A stretch of DNA of 62,544 nucleotides, the filler included, from Candidatus Zapsychrus exili (lineage in GTDB: Bacteria; Omnitrophota; Gorgyraeia; Zapsychrales; Zapsychraceae), in the NCBI GenBank assembly GCA_030765585.1. It is 5 parts of 5 records of this genome, joined end to end, with 100 filler letters (N's around TTAATTAATTAA, not from the genome) between each part and the next. Parts side by side here need not be neighbours in the genome. Positions count along the whole stretch, not along the records: positions 28,542 to 35,909 come from JAVCCJ010000093.1; positions 36,010 to 52,793 come from JAVCCJ010000078.1; 3 more parts are not named here. One strand, given 5' to 3'. Below the pieces are notes generated by a model. It had not been told where the DNA came from. It searched no databases and was given only the letters and a program-made list of their open reading frames with translations. Made by a program: the position numbers and the translations under genes. Positions 29,153 through 39,443 of this stretch are shown one piece after another (the stretch's first letter is position 1; the number at the start of each line of letters is the position of its first letter).

Positions 29153-30043
29153 ATGAAGACATATTTAGATTGCATACCCTGCTTTTTTAAACAGGCTATT
29201 GAGGCCTCAAGGATTGCAGGTGCAAACCAAAAAACGCAAAAAAAGATATTAGATAAACTATCCAAAGTTTTATCAGATATTTCATTGACTTCCTCTCCAC
29301 CTGAAATGGGGCGAGTCATATACAAGTTGGTTAAAGAAATGACTTTTGAAAGAGACCCATATAAAAAGATAAAGGATAAAAGCAATAAGCTTGCCTTGAG
29401 ATTTTACAATAGATTAAAAGATAAAGTATCTCGCTCCAATGATAGATTATTGACTGCTGTAGAATTAGCCATTGCAGGGAATATTATCGATTATGGGGTG
29501 AAAAATTCTTTGGATGTAGGCAAAGAACTGAATAAGATTTTAAACGGAAAAAAGAAAGCTCCCCAAAAAAAAGATAAAGTTCATTTTGATTATTTTCATT
29601 TTAAGCAAGTTTTGAGTAAAAGCGAAAATATTCTTTACTTAGCTGATAATGCAGGAGAGACGGTTTTTGATCGTATTTTAATTGAGGAGATAAACAAGAT
29701 TTGGAAAAATAAGAATATTATTTATGCCGTAAAAGAAGAACCTGTAATCAATGATGCATTGGCTGAAGATGCATATAAATGCGGTATCGATAAGATAGCA
29801 GAGATTATTTCCTGTGGTTCGGATGCCCCAGGCACAGTTCTTTCTTTGTGCTCAAAGGATTTTTTAAAAATCTATAAACAATCCGATATGATTATTAGTA
29901 AAGGCCAGGGAAATTTCGAAGCATTATCCCAGGAGGAAAAACTAATCTTTTTCTTGTTTATGGCGAAGTGTCCTGTAGTTGCCAAAGATGTAGGATGTGA
30001 AGTTGGTGATATAGTTTTACTTTCCAATGCTAATAAGATTTAG
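29153..30043 (+). CDS. ARMT1/DUF89 damage-control phosphatase family protein
   Basis: DCIPC, DPY, AGNIIDYG, DNAGE.VFD, INDA, KGQGNFE and AKC. Confidence 0.92.
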   Translation: MKTYLDCIPCFFKQAIEASRIAGANQKTQKKILDKLSKVLSDISLTSSPPEMGRVIYKLVKEMTFERDPYKKIKDKSNKLALRFYNRLKDKVSRSNDRLLTAVELAIAGNIIDYGVKNSLDVGKELNKILNGKKKAPQKKDKVHFDYFHFKQVLSKSENILYLADNAGETVFDRILIEEINKIWKNKNIIYAVKEEPVINDALAEDAYKCGIDKIAEIISCGSDAPGTVLSLCSKDFLKIYKQSDMIISKGQGNFEALSQEEKLIFFLFMAKCPVVAKDVGCEVGDIVLLSNANKI

Positions 30044-30071
30044 AAACGAGGCATGGGGTTTACAAAAAATC

Positions 30072-30785
30072 ATGGATATTAAAATACTTTTTGATAGCGT
30101 GGCTTTAGATAATAAATTTTTAACAGGTTGGGGTGTGTCATATTTGATTGATGATAAGATTTTATTTGATACAGGAGAAGACCCTTATTTTTTGTTGAGC
30201 AATATGGCATGCATGAATGCAAAAATTGATGATATCACTACAGTTATTATTTCTCATGATCATTGGGATCACACTGGAGGCCTAGAGGGGATATTAAAGA
30301 CAAAGAAAGGAATAAACATTTATATTTGCCATGATTTTAACCAAAAATTTAAAGATCAAATTAAGAATTTACACGGAATAGCTATTGAAACAGATAAGAT
30401 TACTGAAATTCAAAAGAATATATTTACCACAGGAGAAATGTTTGGGATATATGATGGTGGATATATGCCTGAACAGGCGCTTATTGTAAAAACAGAAAAT
30501 GGTATTACTGTAATAACTGGATGTGCCCATCCTGGTATTTTGGAGATATTGGAAAAAGTTCAAGAAAACTTTCCTCAAGAAAAACTTTATTTTGTCTTGG
30601 GTGGGTTCCATCTCAAAGATACTAAGAGAGGAGAAATAGAAGGCATAGTCGCAAGGTTTAAAGATATGGGAGTCGAGAAAGTAGGAGCTAGCCATTGTAG
30701 TGGCAAAAAAGCAGAGGAGATTTTTAAAGAAGGATATGGTGAAAATTTTATTCCTATAAGAATAGGACAGACATTAAAAATATAA
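30072..30785 (+). CDS. Metallo-beta-lactamase-fold hydrolase (MJ0301/YqjP-like)
   Basis: LFDTG, SHDHWDHTGG, TGCAHPG, GGFHL and HCSG. Start moved to ATG 30072. Confidence 0.9.
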   Translation: MDIKILFDSVALDNKFLTGWGVSYLIDDKILFDTGEDPYFLLSNMACMNAKIDDITTVIISHDHWDHTGGLEGILKTKKGINIYICHDFNQKFKDQIKNLHGIAIETDKITEIQKNIFTTGEMFGIYDGGYMPEQALIVKTENGITVITGCAHPGILEILEKVQENFPQEKLYFVLGGFHLKDTKRGEIEGIVARFKDMGVEKVGASHCSGKKAEEIFKEGYGENFIPIRIGQTLKI

Positions 30786-30795
30786 GCGAGGTTAA

Positions 30796-31155
30796 ATGAA
30801 AAGATTTATACTTTATTTAGTTAGATGGCAATTAAGCACTCCTATACTTTGGCTGGTAATTAGGCATTTAGGGGCAGGCTTATGGCAAACTATGATAGCT
30901 AATTTAATAGGTGGAAGCATATTCTTTTGGGTAGATAAATTTATATTTACTTCCAAGGCAGCTGAGATGTGGCATTTTAAAGAAAAGGGTACATGCGATG
31001 ATTGTGGGAAAGAAACAAGCCTTTGGAGATTAGTATTAGCGCCCAATTATGATAAGAGAGAATCCGCACCTAAATTTTTCTGCATGGAATGTTCTAAAAA
31101 GAGAACGGATCAGTTAAGAAACAAAGGAATAAAAATAAGAGGTAAGAGTAAATGA
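30796..31155 (+). CDS. Small membrane protein with a C-terminal zinc ribbon
   Basis: GtrA-like hydrophobic N-terminus; CDDC...CMEC. Confidence 0.7.
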   Translation: MKRFILYLVRWQLSTPILWLVIRHLGAGLWQTMIANLIGGSIFFWVDKFIFTSKAAEMWHFKEKGTCDDCGKETSLWRLVLAPNYDKRESAPKFFCMECSKKRTDQLRNKGIKIRGKSK

Positions 31156-31787
31156 AGATATTTGAACAAATTTCCAGAGAATTAAGAATTCATGCACCTT
31201 TTACATTTTTTGGTGCGGCTACAGGCATAGTAATTATGATATTTTTTCAAAAATTGCCTGCTGGGACTTCTCGCGATATTTTCTATATACTTCATCCCAT
31301 TCATGTTGTTTTAAGTGCGCTTGTGACTGCGTCGATGTATGAACTTCATAGATGTGGGCGCATAGGAAGCAAATGCATTAGAGGTGAATGTAATTTTTGG
31401 ACTCTATTTATTATTGGTTATATAGGTTCTATTGGCATTGCTACCATGAGCGATTCTGTTGTTCCTTATATAGCTGAGACAATACTAAAGATGCCTAATA
31501 GAGGAATTCATATAGGTTTTATTGAGAAATGGTGGCTTGTTAATCCATTGGCCATAATAGGGGTGGCGATAGCGTATTTGAAACCTACAACGAAATTTCC
31601 ACACGCTGGACATGTTTTATTGAGCACATGGGCATCACTTTTCCATATTATTATGGCATTGGATAAGGGTCTCAATTTGTGGACATCTGTCGCAGTATTT
31701 TTATTCCTTTTTCTTGCAGTCTGGATACCTTGTTGTGTAAGCGATATTGCATTCCCTTTGCTATTTGTTAAAGAATCAAAAAGATGA
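31152..31787 (+). CDS. Conserved-looking membrane protein with His/Cys residues in TM segments
   Basis: HAPFT, LHPIHV, FPHAGHV and PCCVSD. Confidence 0.7.
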   Translation: MKIFEQISRELRIHAPFTFFGAATGIVIMIFFQKLPAGTSRDIFYILHPIHVVLSALVTASMYELHRCGRIGSKCIRGECNFWTLFIIGYIGSIGIATMSDSVVPYIAETILKMPNRGIHIGFIEKWWLVNPLAIIGVAIAYLKPTTKFPHAGHVLLSTWASLFHIIMALDKGLNLWTSVAVFLFLFLAVWIPCCVSDIAFPLLFVKESKR

Positions 31788-31812
31788 CATATATATAAAG
31801 GAGGTGAGTACC

Positions 31813-33141
31813 ATGTCTAAAGATGTAACATACAAGCAGCTTAACAAAGAATTGATACAATTGCGCACACAGCTTGCCGAACACCATTTACTTGAAACTC
31901 GAAGGAACTGGAGTTGTGGCAGAGTAAAGGTAGAAAGAAGAAAACTGGACACTATTATCAATTCTTTGCCTAATGGAGTGAGCATTATAAGCGATGATTA
32001 CAAAATACAATTTCAGAATAAATGGCTTAGGAGTATATATGGAAATATGACAGGAAAGTTTTGCTATAAAACATATATGCATAAGAACAATCCCTGTGAG
32101 AGCTGTTTTATTAAAAAAGCAATTGAACATGATAAATTGGTTGAGGGTAAAGTTACAACAGAAGATGGACATTGTTATAAATTAATCGCTTCACCTATTG
32201 GAAAATTTGAAGGCAAAACATCAGGAATAGAAATTATGATTGATATTACACAACAAGAAAGAGCGGGAAAACTTCATTCTCGAACCCAGCAAAGGTATGA
32301 AGACTTGATAAATAGTTTAAACATAGGAGTTTTTCAGACCACAACTGATGCAAAAGGACATTTTTTAGAAGCCAATCCAGAGTTGGTTTCTATGCTAGAA
32401 GCAGATTCAAAAGGACAGTTATTAAGGCACAGAGTTCGCGACTTTTATCAACTCCATAAGAAACGGAAAGAAATTATTGAAAAGGCATTAAAGTTTGGTT
32501 CTGTTAAAGATGAGGAAGCAAGATGGATAACAGTAAAAGGCAGGCAATTTTGGGCCTCAATAACATTAGTGAAGAAAGAAGAGGAAGATGGCAATGTTTA
32601 TCTTGATGGAGTTATTGAAGATATAACTAAGAGGAAGCAATTTGAGGAAAATTTACAGAACTTGTCGCTTATAGATGATCTTACTAGATTAAATAATCGG
32701 AGAGGACTTTTTACGCTAGCAAGCCATCAGCTTAAGATAGCAAAACGTCATAAGCTAAAAACAACACTTTTTTACATCGACTTAGATAATTTTAAAAAGA
32801 TTAATGATACCTTTGGCCATTCAGAGGGAGATAAGGCGTTGGTCGCAGTCGCTACTATTTTGAAAGATACGTATCGAGAGTCTGATATTATAGCACGGAT
32901 TGGTGGAGATGAATTTGCAGTTCTCGCAGTCGGATTAGGCAAAGAGAATGCCGATATGATCACGGCTCGTTTAAACAAGAAACTAGAAGAAGATAATTCA
33001 AAAGCATTGCATCCATATAACTTATCGGTGAGTATAGGCATGGCAAATTGTAGTTATGTTAAGTCTTGTCAAATCGATAAATTACTGGTAGAGGCTGACA
33101 AATCAATGTATGAACAAAAACTCAACAGAAAGGAGGTGTGA
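31813..33141 (+). CDS. PAS-PAS-GGDEF diguanylate cyclase
   Basis: DLDNFKKINDTFGH, RESD I-site five residues before GGDEF, Cys cluster in the first PAS. Start moved to ATG 31813 (GGAGGTG RBS). Confidence 0.93.
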   Translation: MSKDVTYKQLNKELIQLRTQLAEHHLLETRRNWSCGRVKVERRKLDTIINSLPNGVSIISDDYKIQFQNKWLRSIYGNMTGKFCYKTYMHKNNPCESCFIKKAIEHDKLVEGKVTTEDGHCYKLIASPIGKFEGKTSGIEIMIDITQQERAGKLHSRTQQRYEDLINSLNIGVFQTTTDAKGHFLEANPELVSMLEADSKGQLLRHRVRDFYQLHKKRKEIIEKALKFGSVKDEEARWITVKGRQFWASITLVKKEEEDGNVYLDGVIEDITKRKQFEENLQNLSLIDDLTRLNNRRGLFTLASHQLKIAKRHKLKTTLFYIDLDNFKKINDTFGHSEGDKALVAVATILKDTYRESDIIARIGGDEFAVLAVGLGKENADMITARLNKKLEEDNSKALHPYNLSVSIGMANCSYVKSCQIDKLLVEADKSMYEQKLNRKEV

Positions 33142-33142
33142 A

Positions 33143-33439
33143 ATGGTTACGGCTATAGTGCTTTTAAATGTAAAAAGAGATAAGGTAAATGAAATTGCAG
33201 AACAGCTTGCAGACATAAAAGCTATCAGCGAGGTTTATTCTATAGCAGGTGAATATGACTTAGCTGCAATTGTCAGGACGGAAAACAATGAGAGTTTAGC
33301 AGATTTAGTCACGGGACACATGCTTAAAGTAGATGGTATTTTAAAATCTGAAACACTCATTGCGTTTAGAGCATATTCTCGCCACGATTTGGAAAGCATG
33401 TTTTCTATTGGAATGGAGGAAAAGGTAGCGGCAAAATAA
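33143..33439 (+). CDS. Stand-alone Lrp/AsnC ligand-binding (RAM) domain protein
   Basis: MVTAIVLLNV, EVYSIAGEYDL and GILKSETLIAF; AAGGAGGTG RBS. Confidence 0.88.
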   Translation: MVTAIVLLNVKRDKVNEIAEQLADIKAISEVYSIAGEYDLAAIVRTENNESLADLVTGHMLKVDGILKSETLIAFRAYSRHDLESMFSIGMEEKVAAK

Positions 33440-33462
33440 AAATATAACAATGGAAATTTAAA

Positions 33463-34242
33463 ATGAGAAAAAAAGATTTCAAATACATTTATGGTCCAGT
33501 GCCTTCTTGGAGATTAGGGAGTTCTTTGGGAATAGACCCCGTTTCTAGAATAGAGAAGGTTTGCACTTTTGATTGTGTTTATTGCCAACTTGGGAAGACA
33601 AAAAATTTTACTGATGAAAGAAAAGTATTTATACCTATCATAGAAATTATCAAAGAACTTGATTTATTGCCGCCGGTGCAGATTGATTATATCACCTTTT
33701 CAGGTGCGTGCGAGCCAACGCTGGCAAAAAATTTGGGCCAGATGATAAAAGCAATAAAAAAAATAAGGAATGAAAAAATTGCTGTTTTAACTAATTCTTC
33801 TCTGTTAGACAGAGAAGATGTTCAGGAAGATTTGTTGTCGGCTGATTGTGTCGTAGCTAAACTTGATGCTAGTTCTCAAAAGGTTTTTGAAATAGTCAAT
33901 AACCCTATGGAGACAATAAAATTCGATAGTGTTTTGAAAGGGATAAAAGACTTCAAGAGTATTTATAAAGGGAAGCTGGCATTACAGATTATGTTTATTG
34001 AGAAAAACAAGAAATATGCAGAGGATATAGCAAGAATTGTAGAAGAGATTGCTCCTAGCGAGGTACAGATTAATACTCCTTTAAGGCCCTGCGCAGTAAA
34101 GCATTTATCTAAAGTAGAGCTGAGTAGCGTAAGGAATTGTTTTAATAGGGTAAATAGTATCTCTGTGTATGAAGAGAGCAAGAAAAAAGTTAAACCTATT
34201 AGCAATGAGGAGACATTAAAAAGAAGAGGCAAGATTAGCTAA
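33463..34242 (+). CDS. Radical SAM protein (COG0731/Tyw1-like)
   Basis: YGPVPSWRLG.SLGID, CTFDCVYC and EPTL. Confidence 0.9.
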   Translation: MRKKDFKYIYGPVPSWRLGSSLGIDPVSRIEKVCTFDCVYCQLGKTKNFTDERKVFIPIIEIIKELDLLPPVQIDYITFSGACEPTLAKNLGQMIKAIKKIRNEKIAVLTNSSLLDREDVQEDLLSADCVVAKLDASSQKVFEIVNNPMETIKFDSVLKGIKDFKSIYKGKLALQIMFIEKNKKYAEDIARIVEEIAPSEVQINTPLRPCAVKHLSKVELSSVRNCFNRVNSISVYEESKKKVKPISNEETLKRRGKIS

Positions 34243-34256
34243 CAAAGGAGATTGAG

Positions 34257-34475
34257 ATGCCATTTGGTTTTGGAAGAGGAAGGCACGGTTGGGGCAGAAG
34301 ACGAGGCCGAGGTTTTCGTAGTGGCAGGAGTTTTGGCCCTGGTGGTCCATCTAGTAATTGTATTTGCCCTAATTGTGGAACAATGGTACCTCATCGACCT
34401 GCATCACCGTGTTTTCAAACAAAATGCCCTAATTGTAATTCTCGCATGACTCGTCAGTTTGCCTATCAAGAGTAG
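34257..34475 (+). CDS. Small Gly/Arg-rich protein with a six-Cys metal-binding domain
   Basis: GRG repeats then CICPNCG...PCFQTKCPNC; AAGGAG RBS. Confidence 0.8.
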   Translation: MPFGFGRGRHGWGRRRGRGFRSGRSFGPGGPSSNCICPNCGTMVPHRPASPCFQTKCPNCNSRMTRQFAYQE

Positions 34476-34485
34476 GTAAAATGCC

Positions 34486-35769
34486 ATGGATACCAAAAGA
34501 GATAAAACTATAGAATTAAAACAAGGACAGAGAGTAGCTTTTATCGCTACTTTTGTAACTTTTCTTTTAGTAGTTATGAAAGCAAGCATAGGTTATTTAT
34601 TTAATTCAAAGATCTTGGTGGCAGATGCTTTCCATAGTGGGGCTGATCTTTTGGCTATCTTTGCCTCTGGGTTTGGTCTTTGGCTGGCTTCTAAAAAGAA
34701 AAGCAAAAGGTTCCCTTATGGTTTATATAAAGCAGAGACATTAGTTACTTTTATAATAGGTCTTTTAATTGTATGGGCTGGGATAGAACTTTTTAGAGAT
34801 GGTTATCAAAAGCTTTTTCGTATTGCTTTTTTCCAGGGATTTCCCTTTTTGCCAGTTATTGCCAGTATAATTTCTATTATTGCAGCATATTTTATTGCAA
34901 AAAAAGAAAAAGCTGTTGGCAAAAAAGTAGGTTCTCAATCTCTCCTTGCAAATGCAAATGAATCATTTTTGGATATTTTCACTTCAGTAGTTGTTTTAGC
35001 AGGAATACTATTAGCATATACAAAGATTCCTTATGTAGAAGGTTCTATCGTTATGTTAATATCGTTGCTTATTTTTAAATTGGGTATGGAAAACGTATGG
35101 ACATCTCTATTAGTTTTAATGGATGCAAATTTGGACCCTAAATTACAATCTGAAATTGAAGAAAAGATAAACGAGATTTATGGAGTCAAAGGCGGATGTG
35201 AAGTTAAGATACGTCAATCAGGGCCATTTAAAATGGTTGAGTGTACAATTGAAACTTCTCCAACACTTCCTTTATATAAGGCACATGAGTTAACAAATAA
35301 AGCAGAAGATTTTGTCACTAAGAATTATGAGCACATAGAGTCGGTCTTTATTCATGTTGAGCCGTCAAAGAGAAAGGCCGTTTCTGCCATTATCCCAGTT
35401 AAGGATATAAATGGGTTGGATTCTAAGGTTCATGGGCATTTTGGAAGGGCTCCTTATTATCTTATATTAAAACTAAAAGATAATGATGTGGAAATAGAAG
35501 ATTTTTATTATAACGAATTTCTTGGCGAGAAAAAGCATATTGGAATTAAGGTTATCAAAACTGCTATAAGATATAAGCTAGATTTATTATTTACATCTAA
35601 AATTGGAGAGATTTCTTTTTATATGCTTAAGGATAATTTCGTTGATATATATAGAGTTGAGGAGAGTCTTTCAGTGCGGGAGATCATAGAGAAATATCGT
35701 ACTGGTCAATTAGAATCCATTACAAAACCAACGCACCCTGTGGAAGAATCTAAGACAGGGCTATCTTAG
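34486..35769 (+). CDS. Cation diffusion facilitator fused to a NifB/NifX (FeMo-co binding-like) domain
   Basis: ADAFHS..D, FPYG..KAE and IHVEP, then HFGRAPYY. Confidence 0.9.
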   Translation: MDTKRDKTIELKQGQRVAFIATFVTFLLVVMKASIGYLFNSKILVADAFHSGADLLAIFASGFGLWLASKKKSKRFPYGLYKAETLVTFIIGLLIVWAGIELFRDGYQKLFRIAFFQGFPFLPVIASIISIIAAYFIAKKEKAVGKKVGSQSLLANANESFLDIFTSVVVLAGILLAYTKIPYVEGSIVMLISLLIFKLGMENVWTSLLVLMDANLDPKLQSEIEEKINEIYGVKGGCEVKIRQSGPFKMVECTIETSPTLPLYKAHELTNKAEDFVTKNYEHIESVFIHVEPSKRKAVSAIIPVKDINGLDSKVHGHFGRAPYYLILKLKDNDVEIEDFYYNEFLGEKKHIGIKVIKTAIRYKLDLLFTSKIGEISFYMLKDNFVDIYRVEESLSVREIIEKYRTGQLESITKPTHPVEESKTGLS

Positions 35770-35809
35770 TAGAAAAAGGAACTTAACATTAATAGATAGG
35801 GGGGGGAAA

Positions 35810-35909
35810 GTGGAGATGAATATTAATGATGTAAATTTTAGACAAGAAGTGCTGGAATCAGATATTCCGGTCTTAGTGGATTTTTGGGCAGAGTGGTGCA
35901 TGCCTTGTC
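35810..35909 (+). CDS. trxA: Thioredoxin, 3'-truncated (absent from the ORF track)
   Basis: [33 protein letters not shown] up to the contig end. Confidence 0.9.
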
Positions 35910-36009
35910 NNNNNNNNNNNNNNNNNNNNNNNNNNNNNNNNNNNNNNNNNNNNTTAATTAATTAANNNNNNNNNNNNNNNNNNNNNNNNNNNNNNNNNNN
36001 NNNNNNNNN
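35910..36009. other. Artificial contig linker
   Basis: N run around TTAATTAATTAA. Confidence 0.99.
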
Positions 36010-38908
36010 ACATAATACCTAAAACATCAGTATCAACAGTTGGAGTTAAAGTTCCAAGAGTAGCACTATTACTTCTTTGTAACCAAAATTCAGGAGCTTC
36101 ATTAACATCAGTACTATATCCTTTTATAGAAATATCTGCTGTTGTTCCAATTCCTGATACATCTAATTTTTTATCTGGATTCGCCGTCCCGATGCCGACG
36201 TTGCCTGAACTAAAATCACCCTGTATTAAAGGAACAACATTAATATTTGCTTGTTTAACAATAAACTGATTAGCAACAGTGTTGTCTTTTCCTGCTTGAT
36301 AACCAATTGCTACGACATCGTTTGCTGTATTACCATAACTTGCAGAATAACCAATTCCAGTAACTTGATTTCCTGTATTATCACGACCTGCAAGATAACC
36401 CAAAGCTGTTAAAGTATTCCCTGTATTATCACGACCTGAATTCATACCTATTGCTGTTAAAGAATTTCCTGTACTTGAAGCACCTGCATAATAACCTAAA
36501 ACAACAGCTTCGGTTCCTGTACTTGAAGCACCTGCATTATAACCGATTGCTGTTAAAATTGTTCCACTTGCACTACTTCCTGCTTGACCTCCAACCAAAG
36601 TATAATATTCATTCAAAGGTCCTGAACTATCTCCAATTGAAACAGATTTGTTTGTTGAATTTGTTTTAAAATTATCTGAATAAATTTGACCATTTACTTC
36701 TAGTTCGTGTGTTGGACCCACTGTTCCGATACCTACGTTACCATTTGCCAAAAATGCAACCTCATTTATGTCATCATTATCTGGGTCAAAAACAAGCCCG
36801 GCTGTCGCATCGCCATCTATTGAATTTGTTCCCATTTCTAAATCACCATCCATTGTAAATGTTCCCTCAACAGTCAGCGTATCAGTTACTGCATCACCCA
36901 ACCAAACACTGCCGTCTACTTCCAAATTACCAGTTACATACAAATCATCGCTGCCGCCGGCATTATCAAACGTTCCCATACCAACCTTCACATCCCCGCC
37001 AACAGTGTGCAAAATTCCTCCTGGTACAGTTGTACCAATACCAACATTGCCATTGTCAATTAGAACATCCTGACTACCATTTATTTTAATAGCACGTGTT
37101 CCATTGGTATATATACTCATTAAACCTGCAGACATATAAATATATTCATTACTTAAATCTCCTGCATTTGTTATACCAGAACCTCCAGCATCTGAATAAA
37201 TATATAGAGGGATGTCTCCTGTTGATTCAAATTTAGTAACATAAGAATCTGTACCACCATCCACATGCAATCGTACCTCCGGCGCGGTGGTACCAATGCC
37301 GACGTAGCCGGATGTTTCAATTATCATTGCTGGTGATACCAAATCTACATCCCCGCTCACAGAAAATCTCAAAGCGTCATTTGATACCAAGCCACCACCA
37401 ATTCCAGTATAATTTGCTAATAAATCAACATAATCTCCAGAATCTCTTTGAACTCTGATACCTTGAGCACCTGCATAAGAACCGTGAAAATATCCTTTTA
37501 TCTTATCATTAGTTTTAACATGAAGTAGATATCCGGGTGCAGTTGTGCCGATACCGACGTTGCCTGAAGTATCAATATTTATTCCAGAATTTGCCCCAGT
37601 AGTTATCTGTAAAGCTCTAACTGCACCACCACCTGTTTGAGTTGTTTTCATATAAGCTGTTCCAGCAGACGCTTGATGTTTTATTTCCATCCATTCATCA
37701 GTTGTTCCATACACTCTAAACGTTTGGGCATTTGTTGAATTTAATTGTCCAAGAATATTAGAACTAATGCGAGATAATTTTAAATCTGCTGTTCCTGCAC
37801 CATTATCCCAAGATAATACTCCTGTTGAAGCAAGAGTTAATAATGTTGATGGTGCGGTGGTGCCGATACCGACGTTACCATTCTCATCAAACACAATATC
37901 GTTTGTATTGTCATTATCTGGGTCGAAATGAAGGCCTTTTGTGGCAGAGCCGTCAATTGAGTTCTCACCCATTTCCAAATCGCCATCCATAGTAAAGCCA
38001 CCAGTAACTGTAAGCGTATCAGCTGCAGCATCGCCTAACCATGTGCTACCATCTACTTCTAAATTACCAGTTACATAAAGGTCATCTGAGGCACCTGCAT
38101 TATCAAATGTGCCCATACCTACTTTAACGTCACCGCCAACAACATGAAGCAAATCGCTTGGCGCACTTGTTCCAACACCAAGATTACCAGTTAATATGTT
38201 AAAACTCGACGCATTATGATACCACCTAACCATTTCTGTTCCAGTGCCTACCGTTATTCCTCCGTAAGTACCATCACTATTAAATCCTGTATAACTTGAA
38301 CCAGCATCAGCTGAATTAAACCTAATTAAACCACTCCATCCCCCTACTACGTGTAAAGGATTGGCTGGATTTGTTGTTCCAATACCAACATGACCATGAT
38401 CACCTTCGACAACTAGTTTGTTTGTGTCAACTGCAAAATCGTCTCCGGCATCAGAACCTAATGGGAATTCGTGACCACCGGTTCCGTTTGGAACAGCACC
38501 TGCGGTGCAGGGCAAAAAGATAAAGGCAAAAGTAAAAAGAACACACAACAGCATCGTCATTGCGAGCGAGGTATTAGCCGAGCGCGGCAATCTCATCTTA
38601 TTAAGAGATTGCTTCGTCGCTTTGCTTCTCGCAATGACAAAATCCCTTAAAGAAATAAGAAAAGAAAATACGAAGACTATTAGTATATTAAAAAGAGACT
38701 TCATGGAATAAAATAAAAAACCTTTGGTCATTGCGAACGAGGCATTAGCCGAGCGCGGCAATCTCATCTTGTTAAGAGATTGCTTCGTCGCTTTGCTTCT
38801 CGCAATGACAAGCATAGATGAAACATCCTCACAATGACAGACATTAGAATCTACACCCCTGTTGTCGGCTTTAGATAGTCTTTGGTTTTTTGTAATTTCT
38901 TTATTCAT
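36010..38908 (-). CDS. Giant secreted fibre/adhesin-like protein with GNVGIGT repeats, 3'-truncated (start uncertain)
   Basis: Eight G(N/H/Y)(V/L)G(I/V)GT..P modules, two near-duplicate ~100-aa blocks and 14-residue YadA-head-like TAIGY.AG repeats. Signal-like segment ends CTAGA. Confidence 0.85.
38556..38638. repeat. GTCATTGCGAG...CTCGCAATGAC palindromic element (CGTC-type REP dimer), copy 1
   Basis: 83 bp with terminal inverted repeats; three differences from 38727-38809. Confidence 0.92.
38727..38809. repeat. CGTC-type REP dimer, copy 2
   Basis: Near-identical to 38556-38638; a half copy lies at 52513-52559. Confidence 0.92.
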
Positions 38909-39154
38909 ACTGCTGTACTTAAGGTAAGGTTCAAAATTAATTTCAAATGACAAATATCAAATTTCAAATAAATATCAAAAAGCAAATTTCCAATCAAAAA
39001 GAATACAGCTTGGATTTTGTTATTTGAATTTTATTTGTCATTTGTCGTTTGAGATTTACGATTTACTATGTTTCGGTGTCTCGCACGCTTGATACGAGAA
39101 GTTTCTTATGGCGAGCAACCGCCGGATCCAGTGTGCAAAGAGAAAACTAATTAA

Positions 39155-39201
39155 ACACTATATAGTGGATATGCAAGTATGTAGGACCCTATATATTGGA
39201 T
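39155..39201. promoter_or_regulatory. Two NrdR-box-like sites 31 bp apart
   Basis: ACACTATATAGTGGAT (39155-39170) and ACCCTATATATTGGAT (39186-39201) versus consensus acaCwAtATaTwGtgt. Confidence 0.6.
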
Positions 39202-39240
39202 AATATAATATTTAATTAATTTTTATTCTTTACGATTCTT

Positions 39241-39268
39241 ATTATAGATTTATAAAGGGGCGAGTCAA
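39241..39268 (-). promoter_or_regulatory. Sigma70-type promoter for the giant protein gene
   Basis: Minus strand TTGACT, 16-nt spacer, TATAAT. Confidence 0.65.
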
Positions 39269-39443
39269 AAGTATTTTTAACTTTTTTTACCTTTTTTTTA
39301 GAGCTAATAAAGCTCGTGGACAAATAGACAAATTATAAAATGATAAAAACGGTAAAATAGTAGAAAATAAAGAGTTTAGAAGAAAATAAAAAGTAAATGA
39401 GTACATAGGTTATAGATTGAAGTGATATAACCTATGTACTCAT

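Noticed and set aside
34486..35769. Nitrogen fixation
   Set aside because: NifB/NifX-like domains are common in non-diazotrophic anaerobes and no nifHDK genes are present in the window.
36715..38140. DGR template/variable repeat pair in the giant gene
   Set aside because: Both copies are in frame in the same gene, the differences are not confined to adenines, and no reverse transcriptase is visible.
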